DNA from: a virus
Reading direction: 5' to 3' (one strand)
DNA: 64,000 nucleotides
Virus record (IMG/VR): IMGVR_UViG_3300030419_005541
Coordinates: 62,523-126,522 of that record
The notes beneath the pieces are model-generated. The model did no database searches and was not told the DNA's origin. It saw only the letters and a list, made by a program, of their open reading frames with translations. The position numbers were made by a program, and so were the translations under genes. Positions 51,401 to 60,212 of this stretch are shown here, one piece after another (positions within the stretch are counted from its first letter, which is position 1; every line of letters starts with the position of its first letter).

Positions 51401-54400
51401 TACGATTTTCAACACAATTAAATCTACAACGTATAAAACATATTTCTTTACCTTTGACCCAAGGTCAGGTGGTGAGATAACAAGTAGAAATACCAGCAGA
51501 AATACAACTAAATCTACTTCGAGAACTACATCTACTTTACTTGCAATTACAATGAGGATTACAACTTTTATCACTACGAAAAGTACCTCAAGAACTACAA
51601 CTTATAGTACCGCAACTACTCGAAGCACCATTGAATCAAGAAATACGAGTACAACTTTTGGTACTATTACAAGTTTTGATGTAATTACTATTTTTGCTAC
51701 GATTACCGCAAAGAATACTTCTCGTGAAACGGATACGGTTTATAATACCACCAAGTCAACTATTACAAGTTATAATACCATTACCACGTATATTACAAGT
51801 TATAATACAAGTAAAACAACTATTACAACTTATAATACCACCAAGTCAACTATTACAAGTTATTTGACTGCTTTTAATACAATTACTTCTAAAAGCACTA
51901 TAACATCGAGGTCTACAGCAACTTCGTATAATACTACTTTGAGTACGATTACTACGTATTCTACTACTACCACGTATAATACTACTTTGAGTACAATTAC
52001 AACTTATAATACTTCAAAAGATACAACTACTATTTATGCTACGATTACAACTTATAGTACGATAACGACCTATAATACTATAAAAGAAACAACCACGACT
52101 TATTCTACTATTACCACGAAGAGTACAATTACTGCGTATGCTACTATTACTACAAAAGAAACAATAACGACTTATAACACCACCAAGGAAACAATTACAA
52201 CATATAATACTACTCTGAGTACTATTGAACAGCGGTCAACATCTACCTCGAGGATAACTATAACAACGTATAATACTATTACTTCAAAAAGTACAATTAC
52301 AACTTATAATACAAGTAAAACAACTATTACAACGTATAATACTATTACTTCAAAAAGTACAATAACTACGTATAATACTACTTTAACAACTATTACAACT
52401 TATAATACGATTACTTCGAAGAGTACGATTACCTCGTATAATACTATTACAACGTATTCTACCATAACTACCTATAATACTTCTAAGAATACGATTACAA
52501 CTTATAATACTATTACAACGTATTCTACTATAACTACCTATAATACTACTTTAGAAACAATTACTGCGTATGCTACTATTACTACAAAAGCTACAATAAC
52601 TACATATAATACCACGTTAGAAACTATTACGACTTTTAGTACCACTACAACTTATAGTACAATAACGACCTATAATACTACAAAAGAAACTATTACAAGT
52701 TATAATACTACATTAGAAACTATTACGACTTTTAGTACCACTACAACTTATAGTACGATAACTACTTACAACACTACGTTGGAAACTATTACGACTTATA
52801 ATACTACCCTAAGTACTATTGAACAAAGAGCAACTTCTACTTCGAAAACTACGATTACGACTTTTAATACTTCTAAGTCAACTATAACAACGTATAATAC
52901 AATTACAACGTATAGTACAATTACGACCTATAATACCACGTTAGAAACTATTACAACTTATAATACTACTAAGTCAACTATTACAAGTTATAATACTATT
53001 ACGGTTTATTCTACTATAACTACTTTTAATACCACGTTAGAAACAATTACAACCTACGAAACTACGTTAAGCACTATTGAGCAGAGGTCAACAAGTACAT
53101 CTAAAAATACGATTACAACTTTTAATACTACCTTGAGTACTATTGAGACAAGGGCAACTTCTACTTCAAAAAGTACAACTACTACGTATAATACAACACT
53201 AAGTACTATTGAACAAAGAGCAACCTCTACTTCAAAAACTACTATAACTACTTTTAATACCACGTTAGAAACAATTACAACTTATGAAACTACATTAAGT
53301 ACTATTGAGACCAGGTCTACAAGTACTTCAAAGAGTACAATTACAAGTTATAATACTATAAAAGAAACTATCACGACTTATAATACTATAACGACTTACA
53401 GCACAATTACGACCTATAATACCACGTTAGAAACTATTACAACTTATAATACGACCTTAAGTACAATTACAACTTTTGATACAATTACAACTTATGCGAC
53501 TATAACAACCTATAATACTACTAAGTCAACAATTACAACTTACAACACGATTACAACTTATAGTACGATAACTACTTACAACACTACGTTGGAAACTATT
53601 ACAACTTACGAAACGACTAAGAGTACTACAACTACTTATGATACAATTACAGCATATTCAACTATAACAACGTATAATACTACCAAGTCAACTATTACGA
53701 CTTACAACACGATTACAACTTATAGTACAATTACAACGTATAATACTATAAAAGAAACTACCACAACTTATAATACTACAAAGAGTACGATTACAAGTTA
53801 TAATACTATAACGACTTATAGTACAATTACAACTTATAATACAACATTGGCAACCATTACAACGTACAATACTACTAAGTCAACAATTACGACCTATAAT
53901 ACTATTACAACTTATAGTACAATTACAACGTATGAAACGACTTTGGCAACTATTACGACTTATAATACTACGAAGTCAACTACTACGACTTTTGATACAA
54001 TTACAGCTTATGCAACTATAACGACTTATGAAACTACGTTAGAGACTATTACGACTTATAATACTATAACGACTTATAGTACAATTACAACGTATAATAC
54101 CACTTTAGCAACTATTACAACGTATGAAACGACTTTGGCAACTATTACAACGTATGAAACGACTTTGGCAACTATTACAACTTTTGAAACTTCTAAGTCA
54201 ACTATAACTACTTTTAATACTACTACGGTATATAATACAATAACAACTTACAATACCACTAAGTCAACTATTACAACCTATGAAACGACTTTGGCAACTA
54301 TTACGACTTATGAAACTACAAAGAGTACTATTACGACTTATAATACTATAACTACTTTTGATACAATTACAGAATATACTACCGTATATGATACGATAAC

Positions 54401-54440
54401 AACTTTTACCACAACTCGAATAACAAGTTATTACTTCTGA
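48468..54440 (+). CDS. 1990-aa Thr-rich self-complementary repeat protein (predicted giant beta-hairpin filament)
   Basis: Uninterrupted ORF with AGGAG SD, built from 4- and 6-residue units. The single Pro (DPRSGG, aa 997-1002) lies at the symmetry centre. Confidence 0.85.
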   Translation: MVGGFGFLDELKFNTEFNTTKSTSTSKNTTLATSTSKATATSKSTITTFNTTKETTTTYNTTKSTITTFDTTLSTATSKSTSTSKSTSTTFNTTLETITAYNTTLETITTYNTTLETITTYETTKSTIESRATATSKATITTFNTTLETIESRATSTSKSTITTFETTLETITTYNTTLSTIETRATSTSKSTITTFNTTLETITTYETTLSTIEQRSTGTSKSTITTFNTTLTTITTFETTLSTIETRATSTSKSTITTYETTLSTIEQRATSTSKSTITTYNTTLATITTYETTLSTIESRATSTSKSTITTYETTLETIETRATSTSKSTITTFETTLATITTYETTLSTIESRATSTSKTTITTFITSKSTITTYNTITTYSTITTYNTTLATITTYNTIKETTTTFDTITTYSTITTYETSKSTITTYNTITTYSTITTYNTTKSTTTTFSTITTYSTITTYNTTLATITTYETSVSTIESRSTGTSKSTITTYNTTLATITTYETSKSTIETRATSTSKSTTTTYNTIKETTTTFSTITTYSTITTYNTTLATITTYETTKSTIEQRSTSTSRATITTFITSKATITTYNTTLSTIEQRSTSTSRATITTFNTTKSTTTTYNTITTKATITTFETSKSTIETRATSTSKSTSTTYETTLSTIETRSTGTSKSTTTIYSTATTKETTTTYNTTKSTTTAYATSTTKETTTTYNTTASTTTAYATSTTKETTTTFGTITVYSTITTFNTTLATITTYNTTLATITTYNTITTKSTITSYNTITSKTTITTFNTSKSTIETRSTITSKTTSTTYNTTLATITTYNTSKSTIETRSTITTFITSKNTITEFSQITIFSTITTRITTRETDTVYETSKSTTTTYITSKSTTRSTLEVKSTTTTYNTTKSTITSYLSSFNTITSKNTTTTRSTATSKNTTTIYATITTFNTNTSKTTVFNTTKNTVNATIYGTYRNTTTIFNTIKSTTYKTYFFTFDPRSGGEITSRNTSRNTTKSTSRTTSTLLAITMRITTFITTKSTSRTTTYSTATTRSTIESRNTSTTFGTITSFDVITIFATITAKNTSRETDTVYNTTKSTITSYNTITTYITSYNTSKTTITTYNTTKSTITSYLTAFNTITSKSTITSRSTATSYNTTLSTITTYSTTTTYNTTLSTITTYNTSKDTTTIYATITTYSTITTYNTIKETTTTYSTITTKSTITAYATITTKETITTYNTTKETITTYNTTLSTIEQRSTSTSRITITTYNTITSKSTITTYNTSKTTITTYNTITSKSTITTYNTTLTTITTYNTITSKSTITSYNTITTYSTITTYNTSKNTITTYNTITTYSTITTYNTTLETITAYATITTKATITTYNTTLETITTFSTTTTYSTITTYNTTKETITSYNTTLETITTFSTTTTYSTITTYNTTLETITTYNTTLSTIEQRATSTSKTTITTFNTSKSTITTYNTITTYSTITTYNTTLETITTYNTTKSTITSYNTITVYSTITTFNTTLETITTYETTLSTIEQRSTSTSKNTITTFNTTLSTIETRATSTSKSTTTTYNTTLSTIEQRATSTSKTTITTFNTTLETITTYETTLSTIETRSTSTSKSTITSYNTIKETITTYNTITTYSTITTYNTTLETITTYNTTLSTITTFDTITTYATITTYNTTKSTITTYNTITTYSTITTYNTTLETITTYETTKSTTTTYDTITAYSTITTYNTTKSTITTYNTITTYSTITTYNTIKETTTTYNTTKSTITSYNTITTYSTITTYNTTLATITTYNTTKSTITTYNTITTYSTITTYETTLATITTYNTTKSTTTTFDTITAYATITTYETTLETITTYNTITTYSTITTYNTTLATITTYETTLATITTYETTLATITTFETSKSTITTFNTTTVYNTITTYNTTKSTITTYETTLATITTYETTKSTITTYNTITTFDTITEYTTVYDTITTFTTTRITSYYF

Positions 54441-54472
54441 TAAAAAAAATAATCGTTTAGGTTTTTTCATTA

Positions 54473-54480
54473 TATTTATA
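54473..54480 (+). promoter_or_regulatory. TATTTATA late-promoter-like motif
   Basis: Heads the sugar-modification cluster. Confidence 0.6.
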
Positions 54481-54514
54481 TATATAATGGTTATACATCT
54501 TAAGGAGTTATTTA

Positions 54515-55486
54515 ATGGCTAAAATGCAAAACGAAATGTTTGACCCTAATAATATGGAGGAACGCATTGGCGAGTATGAAAAGAATAAATATTTGGTTGA
54601 CAATCTCGCAGGTGTAGATAAATTCTTCAGAAAACGTATGAGAAGATATACTACAGAATTTTCATATGATGTTATGGCAAACGAAATACCATATTTTAAA
54701 ACAATAAATTATACAGAATATGCTACATCATTTATGATGGTTCCTCTTAGTCAAATAATGAGAGAGCAACAAATTAAAGATGCTTACTATGATGAAGAAA
54801 ATGAAGAATATCCAATATTAGATTGGGTAACTTACTTTAGAGAAAATGTAGAAAATAAAGTATCTAACAAATATGAAGATAGAGTAGATTTTACTAAAGA
54901 CCCACAATATGATAGAGAACTTGAAGCATTAGTAATTTTACCAGGTTCTAATAAAATAAAAAGTAGGATTTGTTTAAATAAATTAAAGACTATAAAAGAT
55001 AGACACGGAGATAAAGTTTTATTTAAACCACATCCTATAACACAACATCAGATTATAGGTGAGTTAAAAGACTTGTTTGGTGAATCTTGTATATTACCAC
55101 GTGAAGCAGACTTATATGCTTTTATGTTGAAGGTTCCTAAAATCTATACAACTAATATTAGTGAATCTTGTTTGTATGCAGTTTGTTTAGAAAAACAACT
55201 TGACCATATTGAAGTACATCAAGATATGGCTTGGGGTTCTTTCTATCATATGAGTTGGCCTATTTATCAATCTGAAGTACGTGGACAAGATACACATTAT
55301 TGGATTAACAAAGTTCTTTCAAGTCCTAAATGTGGAATAGTAAATCCTAAAGTAGACTTAAATTGGAAGAAAAAACTTAGTGATTATTTAACTTACATAC
55401 ACAAAGAGAGGGAGTTATGGTACGAAGTTTTTGTACGTGATGACCCTATTACAAAACCTGAAGAATTTAAAAAGAAGAAATCTTAG
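54515..55486 (+). CDS. KpsS/KpsC-like (beta-Kdo transferase-type, GT-B) protein
   Basis: 'LVILPG', 'VLFKPHP' and 'IYTTNISESCLYA' resemble the K.HP and T.NS..G.EA motifs of KpsS/KpsC. It is adjacent to kdsA. Confidence 0.45.
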   Translation: MAKMQNEMFDPNNMEERIGEYEKNKYLVDNLAGVDKFFRKRMRRYTTEFSYDVMANEIPYFKTINYTEYATSFMMVPLSQIMREQQIKDAYYDEENEEYPILDWVTYFRENVENKVSNKYEDRVDFTKDPQYDRELEALVILPGSNKIKSRICLNKLKTIKDRHGDKVLFKPHPITQHQIIGELKDLFGESCILPREADLYAFMLKVPKIYTTNISESCLYAVCLEKQLDHIEVHQDMAWGSFYHMSWPIYQSEVRGQDTHYWINKVLSSPKCGIVNPKVDLNWKKKLSDYLTYIHKERELWYEVFVRDDPITKPEEFKKKKS

Positions 55487-55495
55487 GAGTTTCAA

Positions 55496-56914
55496 ATGAA
55501 AGAAATTTCAGTTTCAAATATAACATTTGGTGGTGAAGATACACCTCTAATAGCAGGACCTTGTGTTGTTGAGACATACAAACTTGCTACTGATGTTGCA
55601 AAACAACTTGTGAAGATAGGAGAAAAAACAAACACTCCTATAATTTATAAAAGTTCTTTTGATAAAGCAAATCGTTCTTCTAATTCATCTTACAGAGGAC
55701 CTGGAATAGAAAAAGGATTAGAAGCACTTAGACGAGTAAAAGATGAAACAGGATTACCTGTTCTTACTGATATACACGAAGTTCATCACGTAAATGAAGT
55801 AGCAGAAGTTGCTGATATATTACAAATACCTGCTTTTTTATGTAGACAAACAGACTTGATAAAAGCCGCAGCACAAACCGGTAAAGTAGTAAATGTAAAA
55901 AAAGGTCAATTTTTGTCACCTTGGGAAATAGAAAATGTAATAATAAAAATTACAGAAGAAGGTAATGAGAATATTTTGATTACAGAACGTGGAACACAAT
56001 TTGGATATCAGAATCTTGTTGTTGATATGAGGTCAATTCCTATTATGCAACAATTCGGATTTCCTGTTATCTTTGATGCTACGCATAGCAATCAACTTCC
56101 TGGCGGAAACGGAACATCTACAGCAGGTATGAGAGATATGGTGCCTTATTTAGCTAAAGCGGCGGTGGCAGTTGGATGTGATGGATTGTTTTTCGAAACA
56201 CATCCTGACCCTAAAAATGCTAAATCTGATGCGTCAACACAATGGCCTTTAGATGAGTTAGAAGAAGTTATTTCAAATCTAAAAATGAAACCAGCTAAGG
56301 TAGTCGATTCCGCTCCTAGTCGAAATTTAAGAGAAAGTCAAGCAAAAACTTACATAAAATCATTAAAAGAAAAAAGTTTAAAACATAGAACTATAGATTT
56401 TAATGATATGGAAGAAAAAGAAGAAAAATCCGTAAGTAATAAAAAACCTTCACCTAATTCATTTGAAAGCACCGTTGTTCATTTGATGAATGAACGTGAA
56501 TTGACCGAGAGAATAAATATTGATTCTGAAAGTGAATATGCTAAATTAGATTTAGATAAAAAATACCAAACCGTTGTTTCAGATAAATATCTTGATACTT
56601 TAAATCCATTAGAAGTAGATGAAGTATTAGTTCAAATATTTAATATAGCAGAACGTTTAATAGTTTTACATCTTGAACCAGCAAGAAGACCTGTACAATG
56701 GTGGATGGATAAGTTTCAGTTTTTAAGAGAAAGACACGACCAAGAAGAACTAAACATATTTGTAGTTTTTGATGCTAAACCTAATGAACTTAAAATGATT
56801 ACGTTGCCTAACGACTATCATCAAAAGAAAAAACAACAAGAAGAGAGACTAAAAGGAAAGCGCGTTCCATTTGTTTCGTGGAGAGATAATAATAAACCTA
56901 AACCAAGGATGTAA
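55496..56914 (+). CDS. kdsA: KDO-8-phosphate synthase with a ~200-aa C-terminal extension
   Basis: 'IAGPCVVE', 'KSSFDKANRSS', 'QIPAFLCRQTDL', 'NVKKGQF', 'ERG..FGY', 'FDATHS.Q.PG' and 'ETHPDP..A.SD'. Confidence 0.92.
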   Translation: MKEISVSNITFGGEDTPLIAGPCVVETYKLATDVAKQLVKIGEKTNTPIIYKSSFDKANRSSNSSYRGPGIEKGLEALRRVKDETGLPVLTDIHEVHHVNEVAEVADILQIPAFLCRQTDLIKAAAQTGKVVNVKKGQFLSPWEIENVIIKITEEGNENILITERGTQFGYQNLVVDMRSIPIMQQFGFPVIFDATHSNQLPGGNGTSTAGMRDMVPYLAKAAVAVGCDGLFFETHPDPKNAKSDASTQWPLDELEEVISNLKMKPAKVVDSAPSRNLRESQAKTYIKSLKEKSLKHRTIDFNDMEEKEEKSVSNKKPSPNSFESTVVHLMNERELTERINIDSESEYAKLDLDKKYQTVVSDKYLDTLNPLEVDEVLVQIFNIAERLIVLHLEPARRPVQWWMDKFQFLRERHDQEELNIFVVFDAKPNELKMITLPNDYHQKKKQQEERLKGKRVPFVSWRDNNKPKPRM

Positions 56915-56915
56915 T

Positions 56916-57260
56916 ATGCACACAGCAGGAAAAGTATGGGGCAAAACAGCTAATATATTTTCTAATCCTAACTTTGAAGTACATAGGATTGAAGTAAATA
57001 AAGGCGGATTCTGTTCTAAACATAAACACAAATATAAATTCAATGCTTTTTATGTAGAAAGTGGTGAATTAGAAATTATAATTTATAAAAATGACTACGA
57101 TTTAGTAGATACTACGGTTCTTAAAGCAGGTGATATGACGATTGCTAAACCAGGTGAATATCATAGTTTTAAAGCAAATGCAAAAACAATTTGTTATGAA
57201 CTTTATTGGGTAGAATTAAATCACAACGATATTGAAAGAGAATCTGTAGGCGGTATTTAG
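56916..57260 (+). CDS. Cupin-fold protein (sugar isomerase-like)
   Basis: ATG at 56916; motifs 'KVWG', 'CSKHKH..K...FYVESG.L' and 'PGEYHSF'. Confidence 0.7.
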   Translation: MHTAGKVWGKTANIFSNPNFEVHRIEVNKGGFCSKHKHKYKFNAFYVESGELEIIIYKNDYDLVDTTVLKAGDMTIAKPGEYHSFKANAKTICYELYWVELNHNDIERESVGGI

Positions 57261-58069
57261 TGTTATCAGTTCCTATTCAAAATCTTGTAAAAGATAAAAG
57301 AGTTATCATTGTAGGTAATTCTGTAGAAATGATGAAACACGAATATGGTGATTTTATTGATTCTTTTGATATTGTTGTTCATTTAGGTGCGGCTATCACA
57401 AGAGGTAAAAAATTTTACAAACATCTTGGAAGTAGAACTGACATATGGGCTACCGGTACATTCAGATTTGATTGTTATTGGGATTGTGAAGAGGATTTTA
57501 TCAGTGGTAGATATAAAGATACTATGGTATTATTTAATAGAGCAAGAACTAAATTATTAAACGTAGATGCTATAGCTCATTTTGAAAATCAATTACCACA
57601 AATACCAAGAAAAGATATGTTTTGTGATGTAGAACTTATAAACTTGTTAGATGAATTTAACTATTTAGATGGATTTGGTGATGGATACAGAGGACCTAAA
57701 AACGGAATGAGACCATCAGGCGGATTTATAACTATTTTATATTTTATTAGAAAAGTACAAACTTATAAAAGTTTAGATATAATAGGTTTTGATTTTTTTA
57801 GAAAAACAACGGATGTTTATAGAAAAAAACCAAACGATGAAACAAAAGGAGCTGTGCCATTTAGTTGGTATATGCCTATGAGGTCTGCAACAACAGGTAG
57901 CCATCCACATAATAAAACATTAGAATTTGATTATGTTAAAAAATTAGAAAAAGAAAACAAAATAAATTGGAATGTACTAACTGATTTAAAAGATAAAGTA
58001 GTAAAGTACGATGGATGGTTAGAAGGGTCTGAACAATGGAATAGAGGTATCACAAAAAGTGATTCTTGA
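57260..58069 (+). CDS. GT29 (sialyltransferase-like) glycosyltransferase
   Basis: Sialylmotif-L-like 'VIIVGNS......G.FIDSFDIVV......GSRT', S-like 'PSGGFITI...IIGFDFF' and VS-like 'HNKTLE'. Confidence 0.7.
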   Translation: MLSVPIQNLVKDKRVIIVGNSVEMMKHEYGDFIDSFDIVVHLGAAITRGKKFYKHLGSRTDIWATGTFRFDCYWDCEEDFISGRYKDTMVLFNRARTKLLNVDAIAHFENQLPQIPRKDMFCDVELINLLDEFNYLDGFGDGYRGPKNGMRPSGGFITILYFIRKVQTYKSLDIIGFDFFRKTTDVYRKKPNDETKGAVPFSWYMPMRSATTGSHPHNKTLEFDYVKKLEKENKINWNVLTDLKDKVVKYDGWLEGSEQWNRGITKSDS

Positions 58070-58970
58070 CAATAAACACAGCTTTCTTCAATATAGAAAA
58101 GACCAAGAGAAGAAACATTTAAAATTAATTAAAAATACTACTAATCCTTTACATAGTATTCTAACGGTTGAAATGAATCTTACAGAATTATGTAATAGAA
58201 AATGTGTTTTTTGTCCACGACACGACCCTAAAGTATATCCTAACAGAAACTTGAACACAACTATTGAAGACGCAACTACTATAGCAAAACGTTTAGCAGA
58301 TTTTGATTACTTTGGTAGAATATCATTTAGTGGATTTGGAGAAAACTTTTTAAATAAACAATTTAACGAAATTGTACACGCTATGAGAAAAGAATTACCT
58401 ACTAATGTATTTGAATGTAACACAAATGGTGATTTTTTAAACAAAAAAACCGTTACAGAAATATACGAAAATGGTATGGATATGTTGTACATAAATTTAT
58501 ACGATGGTCTTGAACAAATAGACCCTTTTGTAAAGATAATGAAAGAAGCAGGTATACCTGAAGAAAATTATAAATTACGAGCGCATCATACACAAGACGA
58601 ATGGGGATTATTTGTAAATAATAGAAGCGGTCTTATAGATTGGATAGGGTTTGATGAGGATGATATTGAAAATTTAAAAGGCACAAAATGTCACTATCCG
58701 TATTACAAAATGTTTGTGGATTGGAATGGTGATGTATTGTTCTGTTCTAATGATTGGGGTAGAGAAATAGTAATTGGTAATCTAATTGAAAGTTCTGTTA
58801 TGGATGTTTGGATGGGTGAAGAGATGAAAAAAGTTCGTGATAGACTTTCAGTAGGAGATAGAAGTCACAGCCCGTGTAATACGTGTTCAGTAAAAGGTGA
58901 CTTATTTGGAGAACCAAGTTTTAACTTAATTAATGAGTATTATGAGAGTAGCGATAACAGGTCACACTAA
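58059..58970 (+). CDS. Radical SAM protein with SPASM/twitch domain
   Basis: 'CNRKCVFC', 'FSGFGE', 'NTNG' and C-terminal 'C..P....VDWNGDV..C..D...C..C'. Confidence 0.85.
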   Translation: MILDNKHSFLQYRKDQEKKHLKLIKNTTNPLHSILTVEMNLTELCNRKCVFCPRHDPKVYPNRNLNTTIEDATTIAKRLADFDYFGRISFSGFGENFLNKQFNEIVHAMRKELPTNVFECNTNGDFLNKKTVTEIYENGMDMLYINLYDGLEQIDPFVKIMKEAGIPEENYKLRAHHTQDEWGLFVNNRSGLIDWIGFDEDDIENLKGTKCHYPYYKMFVDWNGDVLFCSNDWGREIVIGNLIESSVMDVWMGEEMKKVRDRLSVGDRSHSPCNTCSVKGDLFGEPSFNLINEYYESSDNRSH

Positions 58971-59508
58971 CGGATTAGGTAAAGAATTATATAATCGTCT
59001 TTACGATATGTATCCTTTTGAAGTTCATGGATTTTCTCGTACAAACGATTATGATGTTTCCGACAATTATGAAAGAGCAAAGATAATTTTAAAGATAGAA
59101 GAATGTGATTTGTTTATTAATAATGCACATCCATTGTTTGACCAAACACGTATGTTAATGGAAGTGTTTGATAAGTGGAAATATGAAGATAAAACTATTG
59201 TTAATATAATTAGTAGAGCAAAGTATGACAATATATCTAAAGGATTTATGTATTCTGCTTCTAAAGCATCATTATCACATCTTTCACATAATTTAAGATT
59301 TAACACAGATAAAAAATGTAAGATAATTGATGTAAATCCAGGACTACTTGAATCAGCCTTATCAAGTTTAACTTATAAAGAGATGGCAGATATTGTTATG
59401 TGGTGTATTAATCAACCAAAACATATTGAAATAGGTGAAATATCTGCTTGGCATAGAGATTCATATGTTGAGGTACAAAAAGAAAAAGCAAAACTCTTTA
59501 AAAAATGA
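58942..59508 (+). CDS. Short-chain dehydrogenase/reductase
   Basis: 'VAITGHTNGLG', 'FINNA' and 'YSASK'. The start is 58942 or 58933. Confidence 0.8.
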   Translation: MRVAITGHTNGLGKELYNRLYDMYPFEVHGFSRTNDYDVSDNYERAKIILKIEECDLFINNAHPLFDQTRMLMEVFDKWKYEDKTIVNIISRAKYDNISKGFMYSASKASLSHLSHNLRFNTDKKCKIIDVNPGLLESALSSLTYKEMADIVMWCINQPKHIEIGEISAWHRDSYVEVQKEKAKLFKK

Positions 59509-60212
59509 ACATTTATATAGGTTATGATAGTAGACAAGATTATTCTGAAGATTTTGCAGATGTTGTAAATCCACCATATCAAGTATCGAAGTATTCAATA
59601 GAAAAATACAATAAAAGTGTTATTATAGAACCTATAATTATTTCAGAATTAAGAAGAAAACAGATATATTGGAGAGGAACTGACTATTTATCAAGTACTG
59701 AATTTGTTTATAGTAGATTTCTTACTCCTTATCTTAATGGATACAAAGGAATTGCATTATTTTGTGATTCAGATTTTTTATGGCAATCAGATGTAAATGA
59801 ATTATTAGATTATTATGATAGTAAGTATTCTGTTATGTGTGTAAAACATAATTATACACCACCGGAAAGTACAAAGATGGATGGAAAAGCACAAACACAT
59901 TATCCAAGAAAAAATTGGTCAAGTCTTATGTTGTTTAATTGTTCTCATCCTGATATTAAAAAATTAAATGTTAAAAATATTAACACAAAAGACGCAAAAT
60001 GGTTGCATAGATTTGAATGGACAAGTGATGAGTGTGTAGGAGAGATACCAGCAACTTTCAATTGGTTAGAAGGTTGGTATAATGATAACGTAGACCCAAA
60101 AGCTATACATTATACACGTGGAGGTCCTTGGCATACGACTTGGAATGGTCACTATAAAGACAAATGGGTACAAACATATAACGAATTAGTTAAGGAGAAA
60201 TCAAATGGCTAA
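59505..60212 (+). CDS. GT-A glycosyltransferase (GT8-like)
   Basis: 'IYIGYD', 'STEF.YSRF..P', 'FCDSDFL' (DxD), 'YPRKNWSS.MLFN' and 'HYT.GGPW'. Confidence 0.8.
   Translation: MNIYIGYDSRQDYSEDFADVVNPPYQVSKYSIEKYNKSVIIEPIIISELRRKQIYWRGTDYLSSTEFVYSRFLTPYLNGYKGIALFCDSDFLWQSDVNELLDYYDSKYSVMCVKHNYTPPESTKMDGKAQTHYPRKNWSSLMLFNCSHPDIKKLNVKNINTKDAKWLHRFEWTSDECVGEIPATFNWLEGWYNDNVDPKAIHYTRGGPWHTTWNGHYKDKWVQTYNELVKEKSNG

Noticed and set aside
48468-54440. CRISPR array, satellite DNA or DNA inverted repeat
   Set aside because: The repeats are degenerate at third codon positions, have no constant repeat/unique spacer layout, keep one open frame for 6 kb, and the two halves are not nucleotide reverse complements.
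48468-54440. Ice-binding/ice-nucleation TxT beta-solenoid or simple disordered mucin
   Set aside because: There are no regularly spaced Gly/Pro/Cys turn residues and no fixed coil period, and mucins are Pro-rich. Neither model explains the end-to-end complementarity. An ice- or surface-binding role of the flat Thr face is not excluded.
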